Part shown: positions 46,632 through 55,928 of the stretch, in pieces | How the letters are laid out: every line of letters begins with the position of its first letter | Position numbering within the stretch: position 1 is the stretch's first letter | Source: Escherichia virus TH10 | Length of the DNA stretch: 64,000 nt | Sequence record: MT446388.1 | Strand: one strand, 5' to 3' | Made by a program: the position numbers and the translations under genes | Notes under the pieces: generated by a model | The model's database searches: none | Seen by the model: the letters and a program-made list of their open reading frames with translations, nothing else | What the model was told of the DNA's origin: nothing

Positions 46632-48776
46632 ATGAACAAAGTACAGATTATTAAAAAGAATGGCTCACTCGAAGAACCTGATATCAAAAAAGTTTTAGCA
46701 GCAGTCACAAAGTCAGCTAATAGGGTTGGGTATAAAGAACTCCCACCAGATGTTACTCAAGCTCTTGAGTCAGCATTTATGAGGATTCTGGTAAAGTCCA
46801 CTAAGCAGAATAATTTGCTAATTTCAGTAAATGATATTCACAGTATTGTTGAGGGTGCTTTGGCAGAAGTCAATCACGAGATTTATGAGTCTTACTCAAC
46901 ATATAGAAATTACCGTAAAGAGGTTGCTCAAAATTGGGATGAACTCTACCAGAAGACTAAAGATACACTCTTCTTAGGTGACCGTGAAAATGCTAACTTT
47001 GACAGCAGTTTAATTTCTACGAAAGGTTCAATTATCCGTGGTTACCTGACTAAAGAAATCTTTAAACAGTATCATCTAACACCAGAGGAACTTGAAGCCA
47101 TTGAGAAAGGCTTTATCTATATCCATGATTTAAGAGACCTGATTTTTGGTGGTATTAACTGTTGCCTGTTTGACATTGGTAAAGTCCTGAAAGGTGGCTT
47201 TGAAATGTCCGGCATTGAGTACTGTGAACCTAAATCTGTACTGTCAGCGTTGCAGGTTATTGGTGACGTAGTACTTTCAGCAACTGCACAGCAATTTGGT
47301 GGTTTTACTTTAGCAGAGATTGATAAGGTACTTGTACCGTATGCTAAGAAGTCTCTACGCTATCATGCTGAGAAAGCATCATCTTATGGTATTCCTAAAG
47401 AGCATTACCACAATTATGTAATGGAGCAGTTACAAATTGAATTAACTCAAGGTTTTCAGTCACTTGAAATGAAACTGAACACTGTACCTTGTAGCCGTGG
47501 TGATTTCGCATTCACAACTTTAACATTTGGTTTACTTGACTCAGACATGTCTAATGAAGACAACCGGCTACAATACATGATTGCAAACACCATTCTTGAT
47601 GTTCGCATGAATGGACAAGGTAAGAGTAAGAAGCCTGTTGTATTCCCTAAACTGGTTTATATTCATGACCAGAAGAGACACGATGAGAATATCTGTCAAG
47701 GCCAACTGTACAGTAAAGCTATTGAGTGTTGCTCTAAAGCAATGTATCCAGATTTCTTAAGCGTATCTGGTCATGGTGCTGTAGCAGAGGCTTTTGAGCG
47801 TTCTGGTAAGGTAATTTCACCGATGGGTTGCAGAGCTTTCTTATCCCCATATCTTAACGAGAATGGAGAAGAGTTCTACGTTGGTCGTGCTAACATTGGT
47901 GCTGTATCTTTGAACTTACCAATGATTTACCAGTATTCTAAAGAGAATGGCTTAGATTTCTGGAAAGAGCTTGATAAGTACCTAGAGATGATTCGCAGCT
48001 TCCACAAGAAACGCTACGAAATGATTGCTAATATGCCAGCAAGTTCTAATCCCCTTGCATTTACACAAGGTGGCCTGTATAAAGGAACTAAGAAGCCTAC
48101 TGACAGGGTTGGTTGGGATATTGTGAAATCCTTCACAGCTTCTTTTGGGGTTACTGCGCTTGATGAGCTATCTGTTCTTGCTGAAGGTAAACGACTTCAT
48201 GAAGTTGGAAGCTATAGTTTTGCATATGATGTTCTGGCATACATCAACATGAAAACTGAAGAATTTAAAAATGAAGATGGCTTCTTATATGCCGTCTATG
48301 GCACTCCAGCAGAATCACTTTGTGGAACTCAGCTAAAACAGTTCAGAGATATGTTTGGAGTTATCAAAGGTGTTTCTGATAAGGAATACTTTACAAACAG
48401 CTTCCATATGAATGTTGCAGCAGACATTACACCATTTGAGAAGCAGGACTTAGAAGAACCCTTCTTCCATATCTGTAGAGGCGGCAGAATCCAGTATGTA
48501 AGGGTAGCTAACCCAGAAAACTTGCCAGCACTTAAAAGTTGTATTACCAGAGGGATGTTGAAGGGTTTTTATCAGGGACTTAACTTTGACTTAGCAATCT
48601 GTGAACATTGTGGTAACAGACCAAAGTCAGATGTTGAAGAGTGTGAAGTTTGCCACTCACATGATATCTCTGTGATTAACAGGGTGTGCGGGTACTTGTC
48701 ATTCACAAAAATTAAAGGTCAGTCTCGAATGAATGACGCTAAGATGGCAGAAATTAAGGATAGGGTTTCTATGTAG
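46632..48776 (+). CDS. nrdD: anaerobic ribonucleotide reductase (class III)
   Basis: C-terminal zinc ribbon CEHCGN...CEVCHS followed by glycyl-radical motif RVCGYL. Confidence 0.85.
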   Translation: MNKVQIIKKNGSLEEPDIKKVLAAVTKSANRVGYKELPPDVTQALESAFMRILVKSTKQNNLLISVNDIHSIVEGALAEVNHEIYESYSTYRNYRKEVAQNWDELYQKTKDTLFLGDRENANFDSSLISTKGSIIRGYLTKEIFKQYHLTPEELEAIEKGFIYIHDLRDLIFGGINCCLFDIGKVLKGGFEMSGIEYCEPKSVLSALQVIGDVVLSATAQQFGGFTLAEIDKVLVPYAKKSLRYHAEKASSYGIPKEHYHNYVMEQLQIELTQGFQSLEMKLNTVPCSRGDFAFTTLTFGLLDSDMSNEDNRLQYMIANTILDVRMNGQGKSKKPVVFPKLVYIHDQKRHDENICQGQLYSKAIECCSKAMYPDFLSVSGHGAVAEAFERSGKVISPMGCRAFLSPYLNENGEEFYVGRANIGAVSLNLPMIYQYSKENGLDFWKELDKYLEMIRSFHKKRYEMIANMPASSNPLAFTQGGLYKGTKKPTDRVGWDIVKSFTASFGVTALDELSVLAEGKRLHEVGSYSFAYDVLAYINMKTEEFKNEDGFLYAVYGTPAESLCGTQLKQFRDMFGVIKGVSDKEYFTNSFHMNVAADITPFEKQDLEEPFFHICRGGRIQYVRVANPENLPALKSCITRGMLKGFYQGLNFDLAICEHCGNRPKSDVEECEVCHSHDISVINRVCGYLSFTKIKGQSRMNDAKMAEIKDRVSM

Positions 48777-48783
48777 CATACAA

Positions 48784-49341
48784 ATGAATTACGAACTAAT
48801 ATATAATGCAATTATTAAGAAGGCACGTTCTGAAAGGGGTGTGCCTCTTACATACTACAAATGTCAAGGTAAGGGTTATGAAAGACACCATATCATACCA
48901 GTATGTCTAGGTGGCGATAAAATTAGTGGAGATAATATTGCTTTACTTACACCTAGAGAGCATTATATAGCTCATAAATTACTGGTTAAGATGTATCCAA
49001 ACAATCATAAGTTATGGTTTGCATGGAACAGGTTAGCTCATGATGGCCTAGATAGGAAAATATCATCCAGAGACTATGAAAAGGTAAGGGCTTTGAACTC
49101 GAAAGCTCTATCTATTGTGAATAAAGGTAGGGTTTTCACTGAAGAACATCGAAGACGATTAGGAGAATCTCAAATAGGCAATACAAAATCAAAAGGTTGT
49201 AAAAGGTCTATAGAAACAAGGAAGAAGATGTCAGAAGCCGGAAAAAAGCCAAAGAAAAAGAAAACTTGCCCTCATTGTGGTATGACTGGTGGTGCTGGTA
49301 ACATGACTCGATATCATTTTGACAATTGTAAGAAAAAATAA
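48784..49341 (+). CDS. HNH homing endonuclease inserted between nrdD and nrdG
   Basis: YERHHIIPVCLGGDKISGDNIALLTPREHYIAH HNH motif; C-terminal CPHCG zinc knuckle; ORF-track version (48733) overlaps nrdD 3' end. Confidence 0.6.
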   Translation: MNYELIYNAIIKKARSERGVPLTYYKCQGKGYERHHIIPVCLGGDKISGDNIALLTPREHYIAHKLLVKMYPNNHKLWFAWNRLAHDGLDRKISSRDYEKVRALNSKALSIVNKGRVFTEEHRRRLGESQIGNTKSKGCKRSIETRKKMSEAGKKPKKKKTCPHCGMTGGAGNMTRYHFDNCKKK

Positions 49342-49505
49342 CCTTATGTAAAACTTGACAAGGTGGTGTGAGTCTTGATAGGCTTACATCACCTTTTTTA
49401 TTGGATGTTAGATATGGCAGAGAGCATCATTGGCCTGTTCATAGGTTCTGTCTTACTGGGGTTCTTTTTAGGACTCTCTTATTGTGAGTTGAGAGATAAG
49501 TTAAA

Positions 49506-49706
49506 ATGTTTAAAATATCAAAAACGTTGATATACATACTTCACATTCTAATCTTCTTTTTTGGAGTTAGTGTTATGGTATGGGGTTTTTCAGACCCACA
49601 ATGGAGTTTCGCATATCATGGTCAGATGGATTTATGGTCATGCTTCAAACCATTTTTAGGGTTAGCTATAGCATTCAGTGCATTACCAACTAAGGTGAAA
49701 TTATGA
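49506..49706 (+). CDS. small membrane protein
   Basis: 66 aa, two hydrophobic segments. Confidence 0.35.
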   Translation: MFKISKTLIYILHILIFFFGVSVMVWGFSDPQWSFAYHGQMDLWSCFKPFLGLAIAFSALPTKVKL

Positions 49707-50098
49707 TTAAGTTGAACAAAAAACAGTTAGAGTGGATTAAAGATTACGCCTCAGAGTGTGGCTCTTGCGAAAAGAATCACGTAAGATACTCAACATTCCA
49801 TACGGTCTTCACATTGTACATAGGTGACAACGTTCTAAGTGATTCCGTAGAAGATGGTGTAGCGTTGCCTAATGAATTGCTTGACAAATTAGCTATAGTC
49901 ACTGGAACTTGGTCTGAAGAAGACGGTCATGAATTATTTGACAATGTTGTCTTCTACACCATTGAAAATATTATGAATCCAGAGTACATTATGCTAATGA
50001 CGTGTGCACAAGACTGTGTGCCATTACAAAACTTCATTAAAGAACACTGTGAAGAATTTATTACTAAACAAGTTCCTTGTCAGGTAGTGTTTGAATGA
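49703..50098 (+). CDS. hypothetical protein
   Basis: 131-aa Cys-containing ORF. Confidence 0.4.
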   Translation: MIKLNKKQLEWIKDYASECGSCEKNHVRYSTFHTVFTLYIGDNVLSDSVEDGVALPNELLDKLAIVTGTWSEEDGHELFDNVVFYTIENIMNPEYIMLMTCAQDCVPLQNFIKEHCEEFITKQVPCQVVFE

Positions 50099-50133
50099 GT
50101 AAAACAATTAAATAATATTGGTGAGGTAACGAG

Positions 50134-50619
50134 ATGAATTACATGGAGATTCGACCATTTGACACAGCTAATGGTGAAGGGGTTCGGATAAGCCTCTTCG
50201 TAGCTGGCTGTAAACATCACTGTGAAGGCTGCTTTAACAGGGAGTCTTGGAAGTTTAATGCTGGTAAAGAGTTTACTTATGCAAACCTCTACGGTATCAT
50301 TAAGTTAATGGATGATAATGCCATCAGTGGGCTGTCAATACTTGGTGGAGAACCTCTGGATGATAGAAACATTCAAGAGGTTACCAACATATGCAAACGT
50401 ATTAAAACCGTTTACCCAGAAAAATCTATCTGGCTCTGGACAGGTTTTCAGTTACATGAAAAAATTCACCTTGATGTGATGAAATATGTTGACGTGGTGA
50501 TTGATGGTAAGTATGATTCATCTAAACCAACAGTTAAACCATATCGTGGTTCTGATAACCAAAACCTCTGGAGAAAAGAGTATGGATGGCAAGGCGATTG
50601 TCAATGGAGAGCCGAGTAA
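50134..50619 (+). CDS. nrdG: anaerobic ribonucleotide reductase activating protein (radical SAM)
   Basis: CKHHCEGC CxxxCxxC cluster near N-terminus; size 161 aa. Confidence 0.85.
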   Translation: MNYMEIRPFDTANGEGVRISLFVAGCKHHCEGCFNRESWKFNAGKEFTYANLYGIIKLMDDNAISGLSILGGEPLDDRNIQEVTNICKRIKTVYPEKSIWLWTGFQLHEKIHLDVMKYVDVVIDGKYDSSKPTVKPYRGSDNQNLWRKEYGWQGDCQWRAE

Positions 50620-50743
50620 GTCTCGTCGTAAAGTAGGTTATCGGTAAAGGGCACTTTACAATGTTCTACAGAACAAACTTAACCGTTTGTGTCACTGAAA
50701 AAGAACTTAAAACATTTTGTGAAAAGATTGAGAGAGATATGAA

Positions 50744-51001
50744 ATGGGACTCTGGAATAGTTTTAAATCAAAAGTAAAAGCAGCACTAGCTTCATTAGGT
50801 ATGCTCACTGGTGTTGATGTGACTCACCTTATGCAGAACTTCAATATGGATGAGAAGCTGGCTAATGAGATTATGAAAAGTATCTATGTAGGCCGTGGTA
50901 AAGGTGGTAAGAAACAAGCCCACCGTCCGTCTGGTGCAGCAGCTATTAAACGAGCAGCTAAGAAAGCTCGTAACCGTAAACGTAATAAGAAGGCTAAATA
51001 A
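50744..51001 (+). CDS. small protein with highly basic C-terminus
   Basis: GRGKGGKKQAHRPSGAAAIKRAAKKARNRKRNKKAK tail. Confidence 0.4.
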   Translation: MGLWNSFKSKVKAALASLGMLTGVDVTHLMQNFNMDEKLANEIMKSIYVGRGKGGKKQAHRPSGAAAIKRAAKKARNRKRNKKAK

Positions 51002-51003
51002 TC

Positions 51004-51324
51004 ATGAGCAAAGTTTATAACACTCGTAAATTACAGATTTTCGTACTGTGCCAGTTTATGGCTAAAGAATATAACTTCTACTATTGTGGCACAGGATTCA
51101 TTAGTGACGATGATGGCTCGTATCTACCATTCAAAGAGGCTGTAAAACTCTTCAATGAAGAGAAAAGCTCTAAGAAAGATATTGAAAAGGTTAAGCTAAC
51201 CTACAGCAAGAAAGATAAGAAGATTATCTGCCTAGATAACTTTGTAAAAGTTACTGGAGAAGCAAAAGAGTTTATGGATGAGAGTGAGATTTCATTCACA
51301 AGCATCTTGAAAGTAGCTCAGTAA
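51004..51324 (+). CDS. hypothetical protein
   Basis: 106-aa ORF followed by terminator. Confidence 0.45.
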   Translation: MSKVYNTRKLQIFVLCQFMAKEYNFYYCGTGFISDDDGSYLPFKEAVKLFNEEKSSKKDIEKVKLTYSKKDKKIICLDNFVKVTGEAKEFMDESEISFTSILKVAQ

Positions 51325-51335
51325 ATAGATACTAT

Positions 51336-51366
51336 AAGGGAACTGTAAAGGTTCCCTTTTTATTTT
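51336..51366 (+). terminator. rho-independent terminator
   Basis: gggaac-tgtaaag-gttccc-tttttatttt. Confidence 0.65.
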
Positions 51367-51375
51367 GGAGATGAT

Positions 51376-51891
51376 ATGTATCTGTCAAACCTAAAACGTT
51401 CTGCTGCAATGTCAGTGTTAAGACTCAGCTTTGAGGAACGTCAAGAGTTCATTGACTCCCACCAATACGACCCTTCCAACTCCAATCACATGATTCTCTG
51501 GAATCGTGAGAGTACTCGTGAAAGAGCATTATTCCGATATTACCCACACTACACCATAGATAACCTGTATGAATGTTTTGTTGTGAAGAACACCATTACA
51601 GTGCTCAATAAACTCTGTAGATACACAGGCAGTCAATCCTTCACATTAGGCCATCACAAACCTGTTACAAAGGGTGGTGAGCATCACTGTGCAAACTGGT
51701 TTATTCAGACTAAACTTGATAACCAGAAGCAAGGGGATAACCTTCTAAGCACCCCTAAGATGACCTACGAAGAGCAAGAGAAATATATCAAAAATAATAT
51801 GCCAGATGTGCTTGACAACAACTATACAGATTTGGCAATATCTCTCCTGTTGAAGTTCGAGACAGTTTATAGGGCAACTTACAATGGCTAA
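51376..51891 (+). CDS. hypothetical protein with HNH-like nuclease motif (candidate)
   Basis: LGHHKPVTKGGEHHCANWFIQTKLDNQKQGD resembles an H-N-H core. Confidence 0.35.
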   Translation: MYLSNLKRSAAMSVLRLSFEERQEFIDSHQYDPSNSNHMILWNRESTRERALFRYYPHYTIDNLYECFVVKNTITVLNKLCRYTGSQSFTLGHHKPVTKGGEHHCANWFIQTKLDNQKQGDNLLSTPKMTYEEQEKYIKNNMPDVLDNNYTDLAISLLLKFETVYRATYNG

Positions 51892-52162
51892 AGAAAAGTG
51901 GGAGATTTTACCATTAGTCAGTGAAGGTGGTAATGGTTGTGAGATGTACATGATACGTGGTCATGTTCCAGAACCAATTGCGCTTGAGATGGTAAACAAC
52001 TTTACAGATGGTTCTTACAAAGACTTAGGAGAGCCAACTATAAAGCATCAATGGGTAAAACCTGTACCAGACAGCACAGGTAACTGTAGTGTACTTTACC
52101 ACGTTGTAGACCCTGTAAAATGCAAATCTGCAATGGCAGTAACAAGCGTAACCTTTGATTGA
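51884..52162 (+). CDS. hypothetical protein
   Basis: 92-aa ORF. Confidence 0.4.
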   Translation: MAKEKWEILPLVSEGGNGCEMYMIRGHVPEPIALEMVNNFTDGSYKDLGEPTIKHQWVKPVPDSTGNCSVLYHVVDPVKCKSAMAVTSVTFD

Positions 52163-52173
52163 GAGACAAAACT

Positions 52174-53055
52174 ATGAAAACTGTTATTGAAGCCGTCGTC
52201 ACCGCACAAGAGAAATTCTTCCACACAGAAAAATTTAATATCATCCAATTCCCATCTGGAGAAATTGGTGGAAACTTCTCTGAAGATTTTGTTAAGTTTA
52301 CTGAGCGTAATGCTGGTAAGATTGACAATGTTATACTTACTGTGCAGGGATATGATAAAGATACACTGTTTGCATTAGCTTTGGCTAAGGATGCCGTTGA
52401 CAGTCTTGTTCCCCAGAAATCAGCGATGAAAACCGTTGTTTTCGGGTTCTTACCAAATGCTCGATATGACCGCCACATGTTCAAAGGTGATGCAGCAGCA
52501 CTGAAAGTCTTTGCCAACCTAGTTAATGCAATGGGCTTTGATGCAGTATGTGCTCTTGACCCTCACAGCAATGTTGCAGAAAACCTATTTAAGTGCTTTC
52601 AGAGCATGAAGCAAAAAGATGTGGCAGTACACTTTGCAAGTGACCCACGCATTGATTTCTTGGTAGCCCCAGATGCAGGTGCAGCTAAGAAGACTGAAGA
52701 GACTGCTAAAGAGGTGGATAAACCATATATCACAATGTCTAAAATGCGTAACCTTAAGACTGGTGAAATTACTGGTATGCGAATCCTTGATGATGTTGAT
52801 TTGACCGATAAAACTGTTATGATTCTCGACGATATCTGTGATGGCGGTCGAACCTTCATAGAAGCAGCTAAACATCTTCGTGAAGCAGGTGCAAAACGTG
52901 TGGAACTCTATGTAACTCATGGCATTTTCTCTAAAGGTGTTGAAAGCTTACTTGACAATGGTATTGACCATATCTACACTACAAACACTTTAGGTGAAGC
53001 TAAAGACCGTGGCTTAACACATTACGGTCAAGTGACTGTAGCAACCATTGATTAG
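52174..53055 (+). CDS. prs: ribose-phosphate pyrophosphokinase-like protein (PRPP synthetase family; ADPR-pyrophosphokinase possible)
   Basis: PRPP-binding loop VMILDDICDGGRTF; ATG 52174 after gagaga RBS. Confidence 0.75.
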   Translation: MKTVIEAVVTAQEKFFHTEKFNIIQFPSGEIGGNFSEDFVKFTERNAGKIDNVILTVQGYDKDTLFALALAKDAVDSLVPQKSAMKTVVFGFLPNARYDRHMFKGDAAALKVFANLVNAMGFDAVCALDPHSNVAENLFKCFQSMKQKDVAVHFASDPRIDFLVAPDAGAAKKTEETAKEVDKPYITMSKMRNLKTGEITGMRILDDVDLTDKTVMILDDICDGGRTFIEAAKHLREAGAKRVELYVTHGIFSKGVESLLDNGIDHIYTTNTLGEAKDRGLTHYGQVTVATID

Positions 53056-53063
53056 GTAACAGT

Positions 53064-53555
53064 ATGAATAAGGGTTATTTTGAAAGATACCTAATATATG
53101 AACCAGATACAGGTTTATTAATTTGGAGAGTAACCCTTTGCAGTACCGCTATTGCTGGTAATGTGGCTGGCACAAGGTCTAAGAAGGGTTATACCCAAGT
53201 CCAGATAAATAAGAAGAGGTACTATGCACATAATATTGCATGGATTATGTCTGGAGGTGAGATACCAAGTGGATATGAGATAGACCACATAGACCTTGAT
53301 AAATCTAATAATAAGTTGGATAATTTAAGACTTAGCACAAAGTCACAAAATCAGAGGAATAGGGGTATATACAAGAATAATAAAACTGGTGTGAAGGGTG
53401 TAAGTTTTTGTAAACAAACAGGTCTTTACAAAGCAAGAGTCATGCTTTACCATAAAGAATACTTTTGTGGAAGATTTAAAACGGTAGAAGAAGCAAAAGA
53501 AGCTGTAATTAAAAAGCGAATAGAACTTCATGGTGAGTTTGCAAGACATAACTAA
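53064..53555 (+). CDS. HNH homing endonuclease with AP2-like C-terminal domain
   Basis: YEIDHIDLDKSNNKLDNLRLSTKSQN HNH motif; C-terminal EEAKEAVIKKRIELHGEFA shared with 30227..30742. Confidence 0.7.
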   Translation: MNKGYFERYLIYEPDTGLLIWRVTLCSTAIAGNVAGTRSKKGYTQVQINKKRYYAHNIAWIMSGGEIPSGYEIDHIDLDKSNNKLDNLRLSTKSQNQRNRGIYKNNKTGVKGVSFCKQTGLYKARVMLYHKEYFCGRFKTVEEAKEAVIKKRIELHGEFARHN

Positions 53556-53571
53556 GAGAGAGAGATAAAAT

Positions 53572-55353
53572 ATGAGTAAGTCACTTTACGCAGTACCAGC
53601 AGGTCTTAATGCAGATGCTTACAAGGCATCACATATATATCAGTATCCAGATGCTACGCAATATCTTATGTTGAACCTGACACCACGCAGTGATAAATGG
53701 TTTAACAGCCCCTTAGCAATTGACGGTGTAGTGGCTTTTGGTATTCAACGTTTTGTTAAAGATTACTTGATAGACCACTGGAATGCCACTTTCTTTGAAC
53801 GTGATAAAAGAGAAGCCATTGATGAAATCTTAGAAGTCATGAATGGTGTTCTGGGTAAAGATGCTATCGGTCGAGAGCATTGGGAAGCACTTCACGACTT
53901 AGGTTATCTACCAGTTGAAGTATACGCTGTAGAAGAAGGCACAGTTGTTCCAATGCGTGTCCCGATGATTGTCTTTCAGAACACTGTTTCAGGTTTTCAT
54001 TGGGTAGCAGGTTATCTGGAAGATGCTTTCTCTGCTGAAATTTGGAAGGCTTGCACCATTGCAACTATTGCATTGCATTACAAACGCATCTGTAAGAAGT
54101 GGGCTGACCTTACTTGTGACAATGACTTACATTTACCTTATCAGTGCCATGATTTTGCTATGCGTGGTATGTCCGGCTTTACTGATGACGCATTTAACGC
54201 TGTAGGTCACTTAACCAGCTTTAAAGGGACTGATAGCTTCCCTGCTGTATACACGGCTAAACGAATCTATGGACAGTCCTACCCAATCTCTGATATTGGT
54301 AGTTCTGTACCAGCCACTGAGCACTCTGTAATGTGTGCAAACATTGCTTGGGAAGGTGGTAATGAGTTGATTGAAGAAGAAAGACGCTTTAAAGGTGAGT
54401 TACAAACCTTCCGTCGTTTCTTAACAGAAACTTACCCAACAGGTATTGCAAGCATTGTTTCAGATACTTATAACTTCTGGAGAACTGTGTCAGAAATCTT
54501 ACCAGCACTCCGCAAAGAAATTATGGAACGTGACGGCAAACTGGTAATTCGTCCTGACTCTGGAGACCCTGTACATATTGTCACAGGTTATAAAGCAATC
54601 CACTTAGAGTGTGCTAAGAAGGCTTATTACGAACACCTAAGCAAGCTGGAAGCCAGTGACACAATGTTGAATGCTGTCCTGAACATGAAGCTTGAGAACA
54701 TCAACTATGGTATTGCTGGATGGCTACTGTCAGAAGGCTACGAGATGGTTGTTGACAGAGAAGACTTTGAAGTTGCTGATACAGTGATGTTGAAAAATGC
54801 TTATATGGTTGGTTCTGCAAACGTTGTAACACGTCCTGTAGCTGAGATTGATGGAGCTATTAAGACACTGTACAACATCTTTGGGGGAACTATTAACTCT
54901 AAAGGCTTTAAAGTACTGGATGAACACATTGGCCTTATTTATGGTGACTCTATCACACTGGAACGTGCAAACGAAATCCTGAAGCGTCTGTATGAAATGG
55001 GTTTTGCAAGCTCTAACGTAGTGTTTGGCGTAGGCTCTTACACTTACCAGTACATGACTCGTGACACCTTTGCATTTGCTGTTAAAGCAACTCTTGCAAG
55101 CATTGGTGGTAAAGAGATTATGCTTGCAAAAGACCCTAAAACAGATAGTGGTGTTAAGAAGTCTGCTTTTGGTGGTGTAGCACCTATGTGGGATGGTGAT
55201 AAGTTGAAAGCTGTAGATGGCTATGGATTCCAGAGCTTTGCAGATGTACTTGAACATCCAGCTTGTGCTCTACGTTTAGTCTTTAGTGACTCTGAGCAGT
55301 ACGGTTACACATCTCTTGGTGATATTCGAAATAATATTGACAAGCAGCTTTAA
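53572..55353 (+). CDS. nadV: nicotinamide phosphoribosyltransferase-like protein (NAMPT family)
   Basis: N-terminal NADAYKASHIYQYPDATQY block matching the NAMPT start; 593 aa, longer than typical NAMPT. Confidence 0.7.
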   Translation: MSKSLYAVPAGLNADAYKASHIYQYPDATQYLMLNLTPRSDKWFNSPLAIDGVVAFGIQRFVKDYLIDHWNATFFERDKREAIDEILEVMNGVLGKDAIGREHWEALHDLGYLPVEVYAVEEGTVVPMRVPMIVFQNTVSGFHWVAGYLEDAFSAEIWKACTIATIALHYKRICKKWADLTCDNDLHLPYQCHDFAMRGMSGFTDDAFNAVGHLTSFKGTDSFPAVYTAKRIYGQSYPISDIGSSVPATEHSVMCANIAWEGGNELIEEERRFKGELQTFRRFLTETYPTGIASIVSDTYNFWRTVSEILPALRKEIMERDGKLVIRPDSGDPVHIVTGYKAIHLECAKKAYYEHLSKLEASDTMLNAVLNMKLENINYGIAGWLLSEGYEMVVDREDFEVADTVMLKNAYMVGSANVVTRPVAEIDGAIKTLYNIFGGTINSKGFKVLDEHIGLIYGDSITLERANEILKRLYEMGFASSNVVFGVGSYTYQYMTRDTFAFAVKATLASIGGKEIMLAKDPKTDSGVKKSAFGGVAPMWDGDKLKAVDGYGFQSFADVLEHPACALRLVFSDSEQYGYTSLGDIRNNIDKQL

Positions 55354-55366
55354 AAGTATATGATAA

Positions 55367-55390
55367 GAGGCTCCTACGGGAGCCTTTTTA
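55367..55390 (+). terminator. rho-independent terminator
   Basis: aggctcc-tacg-ggagcct-ttttt. Confidence 0.7.
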
Positions 55391-55406
55391 ATTTCTGGAG
55401 AAGACT

Positions 55407-55742
55407 ATGAAAATCAAAGAAATGAACATCAACATTGTCTTAGAAGAACGTTGGGAGAACATCAAGAAGCCTGAAGATGGCCATAAGTTTCTTAACAAAA
55501 TTTTAGTAGCAGCTAAAGAAGAACTAACTGGCAAGGTCGCAGCAGCAATTACAATAAAGGTCTGTGTAAAAGGTCTTCCAGATAATCACCAATTTGCACT
55601 TGACGAGTTTAAAGAAAGCTTCTACAATCCAAACAAACAGATGCTTGAAAGTAACTTTGCAGTGTCTACAAGTATCGTCCATGACAGAAGCTTTATCCTT
55701 TACAAGAATATGAGAGGTGAGTCATGCAAGCATATTGGATAG
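55407..55742 (+). CDS. hypothetical protein
   Basis: 111-aa ORF. Confidence 0.45.
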   Translation: MKIKEMNINIVLEERWENIKKPEDGHKFLNKILVAAKEELTGKVAAAITIKVCVKGLPDNHQFALDEFKESFYNPNKQMLESNFAVSTSIVHDRSFILYKNMRGESCKHIG

Positions 55743-55900
55743 AAATTTTACTGTCACTTGGTAGTGTAGCAGTTCTTGTTTATCTTCTTTGTAAGTACTT
55801 TGCAGAACACAAGAAGTGTGACTACTGTAACGGAGAAGGGTATACAAGAGCAGGTTGTTGCCCTATGTGTGGTGGTTCTGGTAAAATGTTTAATAAGTAA
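55724..55900 (+). CDS. small membrane-anchored zinc-ribbon protein (58 aa, absent from ORF track)
   Basis: ATG 55724 to TAA 55898-55900; MQAYWIEILLSLGSVAVLVYLLCKYFAEHKKCDYCNGEGYTRAGCCPMCGGSGKMFNK: one TM segment plus CxxC...CxxC. Confidence 0.35.
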   Translation: MQAYWIEILLSLGSVAVLVYLLCKYFAEHKKCDYCNGEGYTRAGCCPMCGGSGKMFNK

Positions 55901-55928
55901 TTTAACAGTAAACTAAGAGGAAAGTATT

